The position numbers and the translations under genes are program-made. The notes under the pieces are model-generated. The model did not search any database and was not told the DNA's origin. It saw nothing but the letters and a program-made list of their open reading frames with translations. From an uncultured virus (IMG/VR IMGVR_UViG_3300006921_000001) (taxonomy: Duplodnaviria; Heunggongvirae; Uroviricota; Caudoviricetes): 31,134 nt of DNA. Below, in pieces: positions 16,110 to 25,164 of the stretch (positions within the stretch are counted from its first letter, which is position 1; each line of letters opens with the position of its first letter). Location: the IMG/VR virus record IMGVR_UViG_3300006921_000001. One strand, given 5' to 3'.

Positions 16110-17752
16110 CAGAAGATATTGACGACTTAGTAGAAAAGGCAAAAGTCCTAGCAGAAGCAACAGGTCGAGAGGAAGCCGATGTATTGGCCGACTTAATGGA
16201 TGACGGTGTGTTAAATGATTCACACAAAGAAACCGAAAAGACAGATTTAGTAACACAATTAAAAGAGGCTGCAGAACTAATTAATACTGTTCAGGCAATT
16301 AACCAAGAAGTTGCAGAAAACAAAGTGCTTAACGGTAACGGTAATTCCACTAACGTAGAAATTGATACTACACTAGAGGGCGATATTGTAGACAGGGCTA
16401 TTGAATCTGTCCAACGTAAAGCCGAAAATATTAAGAAGATTATTATTCTTGTCGCTCCATTGTTCTTATTAGTTGGAGGTGGAGGAACATTAGAGATGTT
16501 TGGAATAACCGACTTTACTGGTGATAACGATGAATACGAAGACCCTTACACGCCAGACATTACCACTCCTGAGATTTGGGGATGCACAGATTGGGAAGCA
16601 GATAATTATGATGAATATGCTACACTTGATGACGGTTCTTGTTATTATCCTGTATATGGTTGTATGAATAACGCTGCTCCAAATTATAATCCTGATGCAA
16701 CAGTAGAAGATGGTTCATGTACGCGTGGTGGTTGTATTGACCCCGAAGCAGAAAACTACGATGATACCGCTAACGAAGATGATGGAAGTTGCGAATATTA
16801 TGTAGAACCTATTTATGGTTGTACTGACTTAGAAGCAAATAATTATCAGAGTGAAGCAGAAGAAGACGATGGTTCATGCACTTATGACCCAGAGCCGGTT
16901 TATGGTTGCACAGATAATTCTGCTAATAACTATAATTTCGAAGCAACGGAAGATGATAATACTTGCGAATACGACCCTGAACCTATTTATGGTTGTACGG
17001 ATGATAACGCAAATAATTATAATCCCGATGCTACTGATGACGATGAGTCATGCGAATATGACCCAGAATTAGAATGTGAAGTAGAAATTACTAATCACTA
17101 TAGAGGTCATGTACAATCAGATGCAGAACAAGATGCAATATTAATTGCCTTTAGAATTGTTCCTACAGATTGTGATGATGAGGTTTTAGAAATAGACATA
17201 GATATGCACCCACCCGGAGAAGATGACGAAGTAGATTATACTCACTATGTAGAAGTTAACGGTAGTGAACCAACAGATGTTTCTTATACTTTTGATAATG
17301 TAGCGGTAGGTGTTTGGGTTCCACGAATTACTGCGGCAATTGACGATGAACCAATAGAAAGAATTTGGATGTGGTCAATCGAAGTAGTAGAGCAGGTTTG
17401 TGAAATTAATTTGTTCGGTATTAATTTTGGAACAAACAATACTTCTGCTGTTGTTATTTATGACCTTGATTGCGGTGACGAGGAAAATGACTTAGACGGA
17501 TATAACGTGTCTGTGCAGTTCCTTGTGTATTCTGTTAACTCGTCAAATAACACTAACCCTCCTATTCAACTCAATACCACAACACATTATATTCAGGGTT
17601 ATGCAGACGACCCACGTATGCTTAGGTTAACTAATTTTACTGAAGGAAATACTACTCGGTATGACTTTTATTGGTATGTTACTTGGGTAGATGCTGATGG
17701 TGAAATGCAATATATTGAACGCACTTGGTTAAATAGAGAATTGGCTCCGTGA
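16106..17752 (+). CDS. single-pass membrane protein with six GC-x-D-x-x-A-x-NY...DD-x-x-C repeats
   Basis: TM IIILVAPLFLLVGGGG, six acidic Cys repeats and a beta-rich C-terminus with N-x-S/T sequons. Confidence 0.85.
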   Translation: MTEDIDDLVEKAKVLAEATGREEADVLADLMDDGVLNDSHKETEKTDLVTQLKEAAELINTVQAINQEVAENKVLNGNGNSTNVEIDTTLEGDIVDRAIESVQRKAENIKKIIILVAPLFLLVGGGGTLEMFGITDFTGDNDEYEDPYTPDITTPEIWGCTDWEADNYDEYATLDDGSCYYPVYGCMNNAAPNYNPDATVEDGSCTRGGCIDPEAENYDDTANEDDGSCEYYVEPIYGCTDLEANNYQSEAEEDDGSCTYDPEPVYGCTDNSANNYNFEATEDDNTCEYDPEPIYGCTDDNANNYNPDATDDDESCEYDPELECEVEITNHYRGHVQSDAEQDAILIAFRIVPTDCDDEVLEIDIDMHPPGEDDEVDYTHYVEVNGSEPTDVSYTFDNVAVGVWVPRITAAIDDEPIERIWMWSIEVVEQVCEINLFGINFGTNNTSAVVIYDLDCGDEENDLDGYNVSVQFLVYSVNSSNNTNPPIQLNTTTHYIQGYADDPRMLRLTNFTEGNTTRYDFYWYVTWVDADGEMQYIERTWLNRELAP

Positions 17753-17757
17753 TTATT

Positions 17758-18051
17758 ATGCCAATAAGAAAAGTTAAAGGTGGATATAAATGGGGTAAAT
17801 CCGGTAAGGTTTATCCTACTCGTAAACAAGCAGAAAAACAAGCAGCCGCCGCTTACGCTTCTGGTTATAAAAAATCAGAAGAACAAGGAGAATGGTTTAA
17901 TACCATTAAAGCAAAAAAGAAAACAAAAAAGGATGCTTGTTATCATAAAGTAAGAAGCAGATATGATGTTTGGCCTTCTGCTTATGCTTCTGGTGCTTTG
18001 GTTCAATGTCGTAAAGTTGGTGCAAAGAACTGGGGGAAGAAAAAGAAATGA
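17758..18051 (+). CDS. small basic two-module protein (KDACYHKVRSRYDVWPSAYASG module)
   Basis: ATG 17758; internal EWFNTIK separates the modules. Confidence 0.75.
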   Translation: MPIRKVKGGYKWGKSGKVYPTRKQAEKQAAAAYASGYKKSEEQGEWFNTIKAKKKTKKDACYHKVRSRYDVWPSAYASGALVQCRKVGAKNWGKKKK

Positions 18052-18332
18052 CTTGGGAACAAATACTAAAACGCAAACTAACTGCAAAACCTTCTTCTGA
18101 AACTTCTCTTAGAGATTGGTTTGGACGTAAAGGAGCCAAAGGTAGTAAAAGCGGTTGGGTAGATTGTAATACTTGCCGTAAAGATAAGAAAACTGGTCGT
18201 AAAAAATGTAAAGCATGTGGTCGCAGTAGTGGCGAAAAACGTGCAAAATATCCTAAGTGTAGACCAACTCCAGCAGGATGTAGTAAAAAAGGTAATTACG
18301 GTAAAAAATCAAAGGTGGGCAGAAAAGGATGA
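18048..18332 (+). CDS. small basic Cys-rich protein (MTWEQILK)
   Basis: SLRDWF...WVDC...CGR...YPKCRP; ATGA coupling. Confidence 0.8.
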   Translation: MTWEQILKRKLTAKPSSETSLRDWFGRKGAKGSKSGWVDCNTCRKDKKTGRKKCKACGRSSGEKRAKYPKCRPTPAGCSKKGNYGKKSKVGRKG

Positions 18333-18763
18333 AATTTAAATTATTACCAGAAGACACCTTTCGTGGTATGGTAACTAATTTTACTTCAGCAATAGACAAA
18401 GGCTATCCTAATATTGTTTCCCCACTTACGTATTATGCTTATGTCGCAGAAGATTCTGTATTAGGTTATTCATCATTTTCAGACATGGGTGATTTTTACT
18501 TCGTAGGCAATACTTATATTCAGCCTGAAAATCGCGGTCAAGGAATATACACTAAATTACTTTCTAATCGCAACGCACATCTTTCTGATAAACCTAAAAT
18601 TACTTTAGTAAACCCAATAGAGGGCACAGATATTGCGGTGCTTTTTAGACAAGTTAATAAACAAGGTGGGATTAAGGTAGAATCATACAAGGACGTGGAA
18701 GATATTATGTGTCAAGATATGTATAATAAACTAAACACTCTTCCTTTGTTTATTTATAGGTGA
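18329..18763 (+). CDS. GNAT-family N-acetyltransferase
   Basis: YIQPENRGQGIYTKLL acetyl-CoA-binding motif A. Confidence 0.75.
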   Translation: MKFKLLPEDTFRGMVTNFTSAIDKGYPNIVSPLTYYAYVAEDSVLGYSSFSDMGDFYFVGNTYIQPENRGQGIYTKLLSNRNAHLSDKPKITLVNPIEGTDIAVLFRQVNKQGGIKVESYKDVEDIMCQDMYNKLNTLPLFIYR

Positions 18764-18768
18764 TTATT

Positions 18769-19191
18769 ATGAGTTGGGAATATATTTTAAAGGATGAGAC
18801 GTCCGGGCCAGTGTATCGTCCATTTACCACAAAACAATATATTGGCCTACTTGTATATGATTTTGTTGAGGAAAAGGAAACAGCATCACTTAAAGAAATT
18901 ATAGATTTTTTGCAAGACCTAGCACGTAGGCCGGATAGAGACATAGGCCCTAAAATGACGAAAGTGATAGCCGAAAGAAGAGGTATTTGGCCGGGTGGTT
19001 ACGATTACTATTTTGGGAAGCATGGAGATAAATTACAAAGAAAAATTACACAAAGCATAGGTAATAAAACTGACGCAGAGATGATGGCAATCGTAGGGGG
19101 AATGAAATTTCTAACTATGATTGATGATAATAAACTTAAAGTAGATGGAAATAGGCCAACACAAGAACGTATGGTAAATTGGGAATGGTGA
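18769..19191 (+). CDS. hypothetical protein (MSWEYILK)
   Basis: ATG 18769 after AGGTGA. Confidence 0.75.
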   Translation: MSWEYILKDETSGPVYRPFTTKQYIGLLVYDFVEEKETASLKEIIDFLQDLARRPDRDIGPKMTKVIAERRGIWPGGYDYYFGKHGDKLQRKITQSIGNKTDAEMMAIVGGMKFLTMIDDNKLKVDGNRPTQERMVNWEW

Positions 19192-19196
19192 TTACT

Positions 19197-19520
19197 ATGT
19201 CTTGGTTTAATATTATTAAAAATAGATTCGAAGCAGGTTCTGCTACACATGTAGCAATAGCGTGGGCAATTAATGATGATATTACTCGTAACGAGGTTAA
19301 GGAACTTATTACACATGAAGTGAGAGATAACCAATATTCTTCAATGGAAGATATTAGGCAGAAAATCGCAGGGCTTTTATCTAAAAATCTACCCCAACAT
19401 AGAGGTTTTATGATGGAGTTAGTAGATGAACATAGGGCTGGCTTAACAGATATTGATTGGGATGTAGTCGCTATGGAGTTCGATGAGTATATCAGAGAAG
19501 ATATGGAAGCATACAGATAA
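19197..19520 (+). CDS. hypothetical protein (MSWFNIIK)
   Basis: ATG 19197 after GGTGA. Confidence 0.75.
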   Translation: MSWFNIIKNRFEAGSATHVAIAWAINDDITRNEVKELITHEVRDNQYSSMEDIRQKIAGLLSKNLPQHRGFMMELVDEHRAGLTDIDWDVVAMEFDEYIREDMEAYR

Positions 19521-19535
19521 TTTATATATAACATA
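19521..19535 (+). promoter_or_regulatory. TTTATATA-NW-ACATA promoter motif
   Basis: 30 nt before ATG 19551. Confidence 0.7.
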
Positions 19536-19550
19536 AAGGGATGTGCCACT

Positions 19551-20336
19551 ATGCATTGGTTTAATATAATTAAAACGGCAGGCATTGAACGTAGAAGATT
19601 ATTTAGGGGAATTAATATCCCTAAAGAGATAGGTGAAATGCGTCCGGCAAATGTTAGAATAAGACCAAATGTAATTCTTACGAGACACGCAATAGAAAGA
19701 ATGCAAGGTAAAGACGTTAGTACAGAACCTACTATCGGTGCGAGAACCGGAGAAACAGTATATAGAGATTTAGAAGGTGTGTGGTATTTTGATGGTGCTA
19801 TGGATGCAATCCAAGAAGGCATAGAATCAGGCAGATTCAAGTCATTACTTAGTGGAAAATTTGGCAAAAAAGGACAACTAATACTAAGGCTTAATAATGT
19901 AGGTCACGGAAGAATGGGGTGGCTCGTAAGAAAACACAATACTTTAGAAAATACATTATACGTTACTACTTATTTATCTTACGGGGGTCTACCAGAAGGG
20001 TCCGGGGCTAACACAGTACAATTAAACAAAGTTTCTACACCTTTACACCCTATTAGTCCACCGCGTATGGATTCAGAACCGTGGGTTCATCCTAAAGACA
20101 GACAGAAAGAACAGGTGGAAAAACCTAAAGAACTATCTTGGCGAGAAAAGGCAGAGATAGAAATAGTTAAAATTAAGGGATTTCAGGAAAAGTTTCTCAA
20201 TCAAATATTCAGGGACCCACCCCCTACTAATACTAAGGAATTAATTGAGACGGCAAAATCTCAATCAGGAACTACTAATAGAGGAAAGTTCATGCAGCAA
20301 TTGGCGATGAACGCAGCATTGAAATGGGATTTTTAA
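19551..20336 (+). CDS. hypothetical protein (MHWFNIIK) with LTRHAIERM motif, possible RelE/BECR-like RNase fold
   Basis: T-x-HA-x-ER-M pattern and late VTTY strand; fold call is inference. Confidence 0.6.
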   Translation: MHWFNIIKTAGIERRRLFRGINIPKEIGEMRPANVRIRPNVILTRHAIERMQGKDVSTEPTIGARTGETVYRDLEGVWYFDGAMDAIQEGIESGRFKSLLSGKFGKKGQLILRLNNVGHGRMGWLVRKHNTLENTLYVTTYLSYGGLPEGSGANTVQLNKVSTPLHPISPPRMDSEPWVHPKDRQKEQVEKPKELSWREKAEIEIVKIKGFQEKFLNQIFRDPPPTNTKELIETAKSQSGTTNRGKFMQQLAMNAALKWDF

Positions 20337-20344
20337 TCAGTTAA

Positions 20345-20359
20345 TTTATATATTACATA
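20345..20359 (+). promoter_or_regulatory. TTTATATA-NW-ACATA promoter motif
   Basis: 30 nt before ATG 20375. Confidence 0.7.
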
Positions 20360-20374
20360 GGAGAATGACAACCC

Positions 20375-20560
20375 ATGCCGCGGACAGAATGGTTCAATAA
20401 TTGGTTAGACGACAATTTCCCAGAAGAAAATGTAGAAGAAGTTTTTGAAAAGACCCTTGAGTATATTGAGGATAGCAAAGACGATACTAAAACATTACAA
20501 AAAATCAAGGCTTACATAATGCAGGCTTTTACTATGGCTAAGGAAGATGAGGAAGAATGA
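20375..20560 (+). CDS. small acidic hypothetical protein
   Basis: ORF track; promoter upstream; ATGA coupling. Confidence 0.7.
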   Translation: MPRTEWFNNWLDDNFPEENVEEVFEKTLEYIEDSKDDTKTLQKIKAYIMQAFTMAKEDEEE

Positions 20561-20811
20561 CTTGGGAAACCTATCTTAAATCTATTGATACAAAAGAAAT
20601 CAATGATTGGTCGGAAGCACTCAAGGCTTTTATTAAGCAGGGTCGTGAACTAGGAATCCCGCTAGACGTTATGTCTGAATTAGAGAATGCCAATAAAGCA
20701 GCAGGAGCAACCACAACAAACGTCGGTGGTTTTACCCCTTCCATTCACAACATTTTGTATGGTTCATGCTCTAAGTGTAAAGACCAAAAATCAAAATGTG
20801 GGTGTGAGTAA
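20557..20811 (+). CDS. hypothetical protein (MTWETYLK) with C-terminal CxxC...CxC
   Basis: ORF track. Confidence 0.75.
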   Translation: MTWETYLKSIDTKEINDWSEALKAFIKQGRELGIPLDVMSELENANKAAGATTTNVGGFTPSIHNILYGSCSKCKDQKSKCGCE

Positions 20812-22529
20812 TGTCCGATTTTCAGGCATTAGAAAATGTCTCCGATAGGATTCAAGGAATCATTAAAGGGGCATATACTAGATGTAAAAATGTCATCAAG
20901 GCAAACGTTAAAATCACAGGTGGTATGGGGAAAGACGGAAACCCTAAAGATATTATTGGATTTATGCAGGCTCACGGTACTGGAAAGCAAAATAGGCCCG
21001 GTTCTGCAAGAACATTTGAAGGTATGGGTATGGCACTAGATATGCTTGATATGCTTTCAAAGGTAGAAAATGTAACAAATCAGAACCTTGAGGATTTAGA
21101 TAAAATAAACGAAATCCTACTAGCAATGATACGTAATAACATAGAGGGTAAAAACGCAACAAACCCACAAAATATACGTTTTAAAGTTGTGGTAGGGTTT
21201 AAATTGGATAAAAGAACAGGTAAGCCTATTAAGATTCAACGAGATTTTGTCTATGGACACTTCAAGACCCCTACAGTTTTAGCATATTTAGAAGCAAAAC
21301 AAAAATATATGGGTAGTGATTATGAAGGACCACAATATTCAGAAACAGCAGAGCAAGTAAAGTATTGGACTAGTGATAAACCAAATACTAGTAGGCCGCC
21401 ATTGTTTATAGCACTTCAGAAATTTCAAGCAGAAATTACAAAAATCAAAGATGACATAGAAGAAGAACCTTCTCCTTCAGACCCTATTATAATCAATATT
21501 GATAAAGGTGTATCGTTGGCCCCATTTGCTAAAATAAATAGTATTAAAGAAGGGTTTATAGCAATTTTAAGTAATGATTCAATTTATCCCAAAAAGCCTA
21601 AAGGTAAAAGGGGTTCAAATAAACCAGTGTGGACAAGCAATACCAGACCTAATTTTAGAGATTCTATAAATGAATATGTATTTAGTGTCGATGAAAACGC
21701 TAGGGCGTTATTGGATGAAGCAGTTCCCGCTTGGGGTGACGAGCCTGATGATTTAGCCGTAACAAAAATATACGACTCATTTAAGATTAGAGTAAATAGC
21801 ACACGTAGAATGAAAACCCTAGCAAGGCTATGTCTTGGTCCAGATGCTAGAAACATAGAACTTCCCGGAAGAACTTCTGGTGTTGTTCTTAAGAGTAATG
21901 TTGTTGAAAAAGCAAAGCCCAAAAAACAAAAAGAACGTATGGTTAGACAGGCGTTTGAATATTTAAATATGAAACCTTCTAGTGCTCAAGAATTATTTGA
22001 TGTAATGGCTTCTGGAAAAATTAAAACAACAACGGGACATGTCAAAAGAAGCCTCTTTTCTAGTGTAAACTCCTTGGCCCAATTTTTGCCGCGCTATGGC
22101 TATAAAAAAGTAGGTGAGGGACTAGGAGAGGGAAGAACCGGAAATAAATACTCAGTTATTTTATGGGAGCCAAAAAATAAATTAATAAAATCATCTGAAA
22201 ATATCGAAAAGGGAAAACGTAGTAGGCCCAAAGAATTTATAATTCGACAAGCATTTGAATATAGGAATAACCAACCCACTAGTGCTAGACACTTATATGA
22301 AATTATGTCTTCTGGGGTAATTAAAACTTTACGAGGAACCTCAAAAAAGAAAAACCCTTTTAGGAGTGTTACATCTCTTGCTGGCTATATGAATTCTCAT
22401 GGCTTTAAGGTATCTAATTTATCAGAGCGGAGTTATAGGTCAGCATCTGCTCCCAGTGGTAGAATGTATGAAGGTACTATGAGTCGTGGTGGGAATGTTG
22501 CTCTATATTTACCAAGAGAGGAGGAATAA
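20811..22529 (+). CDS. large basic protein with two C-terminal tandem winged-helix-like repeats
   Basis: RQAFEY...SA-x-x-L...MxSG-x-IKT...F-x-SV-x-SLA occurs twice. Confidence 0.8.
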   Translation: MSDFQALENVSDRIQGIIKGAYTRCKNVIKANVKITGGMGKDGNPKDIIGFMQAHGTGKQNRPGSARTFEGMGMALDMLDMLSKVENVTNQNLEDLDKINEILLAMIRNNIEGKNATNPQNIRFKVVVGFKLDKRTGKPIKIQRDFVYGHFKTPTVLAYLEAKQKYMGSDYEGPQYSETAEQVKYWTSDKPNTSRPPLFIALQKFQAEITKIKDDIEEEPSPSDPIIINIDKGVSLAPFAKINSIKEGFIAILSNDSIYPKKPKGKRGSNKPVWTSNTRPNFRDSINEYVFSVDENARALLDEAVPAWGDEPDDLAVTKIYDSFKIRVNSTRRMKTLARLCLGPDARNIELPGRTSGVVLKSNVVEKAKPKKQKERMVRQAFEYLNMKPSSAQELFDVMASGKIKTTTGHVKRSLFSSVNSLAQFLPRYGYKKVGEGLGEGRTGNKYSVILWEPKNKLIKSSENIEKGKRSRPKEFIIRQAFEYRNNQPTSARHLYEIMSSGVIKTLRGTSKKKNPFRSVTSLAGYMNSHGFKVSNLSERSYRSASAPSGRMYEGTMSRGGNVALYLPREEE

Positions 22530-22531
22530 TT

Positions 22532-22783
22532 ATGTGGGAAGACACAATACAAAAAAAGAAAATGAACCCTATTGCTGCAAAAATGATAGATGAAATTCTA
22601 TCTGATGGTAGGGCTTATTATGTTAAGGAAGTTTATGATATTTTATTAGATAGGTATCAAGAAAGAGGGATGAAAACCCACACCTTACCTTCGACAAATA
22701 AGGTAGGGTCATATTTACGAATAAACCATACGAGGGTTAACCAAATTGGTCGAACTGCAGTTAAATTTAAACAAAAGGAATAA
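22532..22783 (+). CDS. small winged-helix-like protein (MWEDTIQK)
   Basis: IDEI...EVYDIL...P...VG-x-YL; similar to 22789..23118. Confidence 0.75.
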   Translation: MWEDTIQKKKMNPIAAKMIDEILSDGRAYYVKEVYDILLDRYQERGMKTHTLPSTNKVGSYLRINHTRVNQIGRTAVKFKQKE

Positions 22784-22788
22784 TAATT

Positions 22789-23118
22789 ATGTCTTGGGTA
22801 AATATATTAAAAAAGGTAGGTAGAGAAAATAGAATATTACCCTTGTATACTGGTTTAATTGATGAAATTATGCTAGAAGCAACAAGCCCACTAACCACAA
22901 GACAAGTGACTGATGCTTTACATGATAAATTTCAAGAAATAAAACACAATAGGGTATACGAAAACCCTAGACATAAATCAAGAAGAACTCTATCTGGTAG
23001 ATACTTTCCTGATATTAGACAAGTCGGTAAGTATTTATCTAAAAACTATGTTAGGGGAGATATTGTTCGCTCACCGGGGTCAAGGTCTAAAGTAATAACT
23101 TGGGGTAAACGTAAATGA
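22789..23118 (+). CDS. small winged-helix-like protein (MSWVNILK)
   Basis: IDEI...QVTDAL...P...VGKYL. Confidence 0.75.
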   Translation: MSWVNILKKVGRENRILPLYTGLIDEIMLEATSPLTTRQVTDALHDKFQEIKHNRVYENPRHKSRRTLSGRYFPDIRQVGKYLSKNYVRGDIVRSPGSRSKVITWGKRK

Positions 23119-23777
23119 CTAAAGTAACTCGTAAAACCTGCCCAGTATGTAATCACGAAGAACGTGACATTATAGAACAGGGTGTTCTTGATGGAAGTAT
23201 TGACCCCTCTACGTTAGACAAAGATAATGGTTGGTGGAACGGGACTACCCGTAAGCACATGCAAAACCATACAGACAATTATGTTTCACATTCAAACGAC
23301 AATTGTAAGTTATGCACACATCAGTCACGGGCTGATATTGAAGCAGGGCTTTCAGATGGTCGCACTAAGGTTAGCGAAATCGCGGAACAATTAGAAATGT
23401 CCGAAGACGCTGTACAATTACACTTGCGCAAGCATCTAAAACCTATGATACAAAAAAGTGCAGCACTAGAACTAGCAAGAGTTGATTTTAACGAGATGGA
23501 CGTTCTATCTAATAATATTGCTATACTACAAGACAAAGTAAATGATTTAGGTAACAACGATGATTTGGATTTTAGACAAATCGACTCACTTACTCGATTA
23601 GCAAAAGAAATTAGGGAATCCCTTAAATATATGTTAGAGTTTAAAGGACAACTAGTACACAAGAGAGAAGAAACTATTGTGGTCCAGCAGGTTGAGGTTA
23701 TTCAAAGAGTATTAATTGAAAAATACCCCGAAGTATGGACAGATATACGAGATGCAGTTGCGGAGAAGATACAATGA
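23115..23777 (+). CDS. tandem CxxC/HxxxH zinc-finger-HTH protein with coiled coil; candidate terminase small subunit
   Basis: CPVC...HMQNH and CKLC...HLRKH repeats followed by a helical C-terminus; the TerS role is inference. Confidence 0.5.
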   Translation: MTKVTRKTCPVCNHEERDIIEQGVLDGSIDPSTLDKDNGWWNGTTRKHMQNHTDNYVSHSNDNCKLCTHQSRADIEAGLSDGRTKVSEIAEQLEMSEDAVQLHLRKHLKPMIQKSAALELARVDFNEMDVLSNNIAILQDKVNDLGNNDDLDFRQIDSLTRLAKEIRESLKYMLEFKGQLVHKREETIVVQQVEVIQRVLIEKYPEVWTDIRDAVAEKIQ

Positions 23778-24169
23778 GTTGGGAAAATATAATAAGAAAA
23801 GAAGTTAGGAAAATGCCTGTACCTGCTAGTGAGTTAACTCCTACAGATACACGAGAATCAGCGAAGAAGGATTTCTTTGCACAGTTAGGTAGGAGTGATT
23901 CAAACATAAATAAGTATCTTAATACTTTATTTGAAGAAAAAATAGACCCCGAATTAAACCAAATGAATTTAAAAGGTAAAAAAAGGATTATGATTAACAA
24001 GACGGAATTCAATTCTTGGGACATAAGACATAATAACCATCCTCTTAGTTTTAATACACAAGAGATGCAGAAGATTTTAGCCACTCATTATACGGAGCAA
24101 ATGGGATATAGAGTTTCCCTTGATAAATTTCATCCTAATGAACTACTTTATATTGCTTTGTATAAATAA
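23774..24169 (+). CDS. hypothetical protein (MSWENIIRK)
   Basis: ATG 23774 overlaps the previous TGA. Confidence 0.75.
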   Translation: MSWENIIRKEVRKMPVPASELTPTDTRESAKKDFFAQLGRSDSNINKYLNTLFEEKIDPELNQMNLKGKKRIMINKTEFNSWDIRHNNHPLSFNTQEMQKILATHYTEQMGYRVSLDKFHPNELLYIALYK

Positions 24170-24187
24170 ACTTAAAGAGTGATTACA

Positions 24188-24391
24188 ATGACTTGGTACG
24201 AAGTAATAAAACAACCAAATATGTCTGGTGCAAGAATGTATACAGGCACATGCCCTAAGTGTAAACAATTTGTAAAAAAGGGTGAACCTTGTCCAAAGAA
24301 CTACCCCGCAGAAAGTCCACAGTATGTTTCCGATGTTAGATTTGAAACATGTCCGATGAAAGTTCCTGATACTAATATTCATCTAGAATAA
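24188..24391 (+). CDS. small zinc-finger protein (MTWYEVIK)
   Basis: CPKC...CP...CP; ATG 24188 after GAGTGA. Confidence 0.7.
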   Translation: MTWYEVIKQPNMSGARMYTGTCPKCKQFVKKGEPCPKNYPAESPQYVSDVRFETCPMKVPDTNIHLE

Positions 24392-24411
24392 CTAGATATA
24401 TCATCATAACC

Positions 24412-24426
24412 TTTATATCTAACATT
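24412..24426 (+). promoter_or_regulatory. variant promoter motif TTTATATCTAACATT
   Basis: 31 nt before ATG 24443. Confidence 0.55.
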
Positions 24427-24442
24427 GGTTAAGGACATAATA

Positions 24443-24793
24443 ATGTCTAAGCATCCGAAGGATAAGAGTTTTAACGACAAACTAATGTTACTCATGGGAG
24501 CACCAATTGTATTAACATGGTTGGGTCTTGCCGCATATGTTATTTACATGGCTACCGCAGACCCTGATGTCGTTCTACAAAACTTAGACGGATTTACTGC
24601 TGTATTAGGTTTAATCGGTGGTCCCGCCCTACTCATTATTACTAGCATGTTAGACCTATGGAAGAATGAACAATCTAACGAGATTAATGAAATCCCATCA
24701 GAACTCGCACACCGTCGAGATTTACAAACCCTAGAGAGTCAACACAATATCGCTATGGACGCTTATCTAACTAAGGAGGGTAAGAAAGAATGA
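24443..24793 (+). CDS. two-TM membrane protein (holin-like topology)
   Basis: Two hydrophobic helices and a charged tail; start chosen from promoter spacing. Confidence 0.65.
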   Translation: MSKHPKDKSFNDKLMLLMGAPIVLTWLGLAAYVIYMATADPDVVLQNLDGFTAVLGLIGGPALLIITSMLDLWKNEQSNEINEIPSELAHRRDLQTLESQHNIAMDAYLTKEGKKE

Positions 24794-24948
24794 GTTGGTT
24801 TGATATAGTTAAGAGATTACGTAGTAATCAAAACAAAGATAATAAAGATACCGATACAGAAAAAATTGCACCATTAGTAGCAGCAGCAGGAGCAGCAGCA
24901 GCAGGAGCAGCGAATCTACTATCGGGTAAAAAGAAAAAGAAGGAATAA
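24790..24948 (+). CDS. 52-aa peptide MSWFDIVK...EKIAPLVAAAGAAAAGAANLLSGKKKKKE
   Basis: Read by hand (below the track cut-off); ATGA coupling; carries the shared N-terminal motif. Confidence 0.75.
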   Translation: MSWFDIVKRLRSNQNKDNKDTDTEKIAPLVAAAGAAAAGAANLLSGKKKKKE

Positions 24949-24950
24949 AT

Positions 24951-25154
24951 ATGACTACAGAAAAAGAAGTTACAAACAAAGTTGAGAAGGCCGAAGATAT
25001 GGTCGAAGAAGTTTTAGAAGAATTAGAAGATTTAGGTTTAGTTGATGAGGCTACAGCAAATAAAATTCTAGCGAAGGTCGCACAATATAAGCGGTATATT
25101 CTTCTGGCCGTGCCTGTTGCTATTGCTCTTGTAGCCGCTATTAGCGCGCTATAA
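24951..25154 (+). CDS. small acidic protein with C-terminal membrane anchor
   Basis: ILLAVPVAIALVAAISAL tail. Confidence 0.75.
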   Translation: MTTEKEVTNKVEKAEDMVEEVLEELEDLGLVDEATANKILAKVAQYKRYILLAVPVAIALVAAISAL

Positions 25155-25164
25155 GGGTGATAGA

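Noticed and set aside
24879..24912. GCA/GGA microsatellite
   Set aside because: Explained as Ala/Gly codons of the 52-aa peptide.
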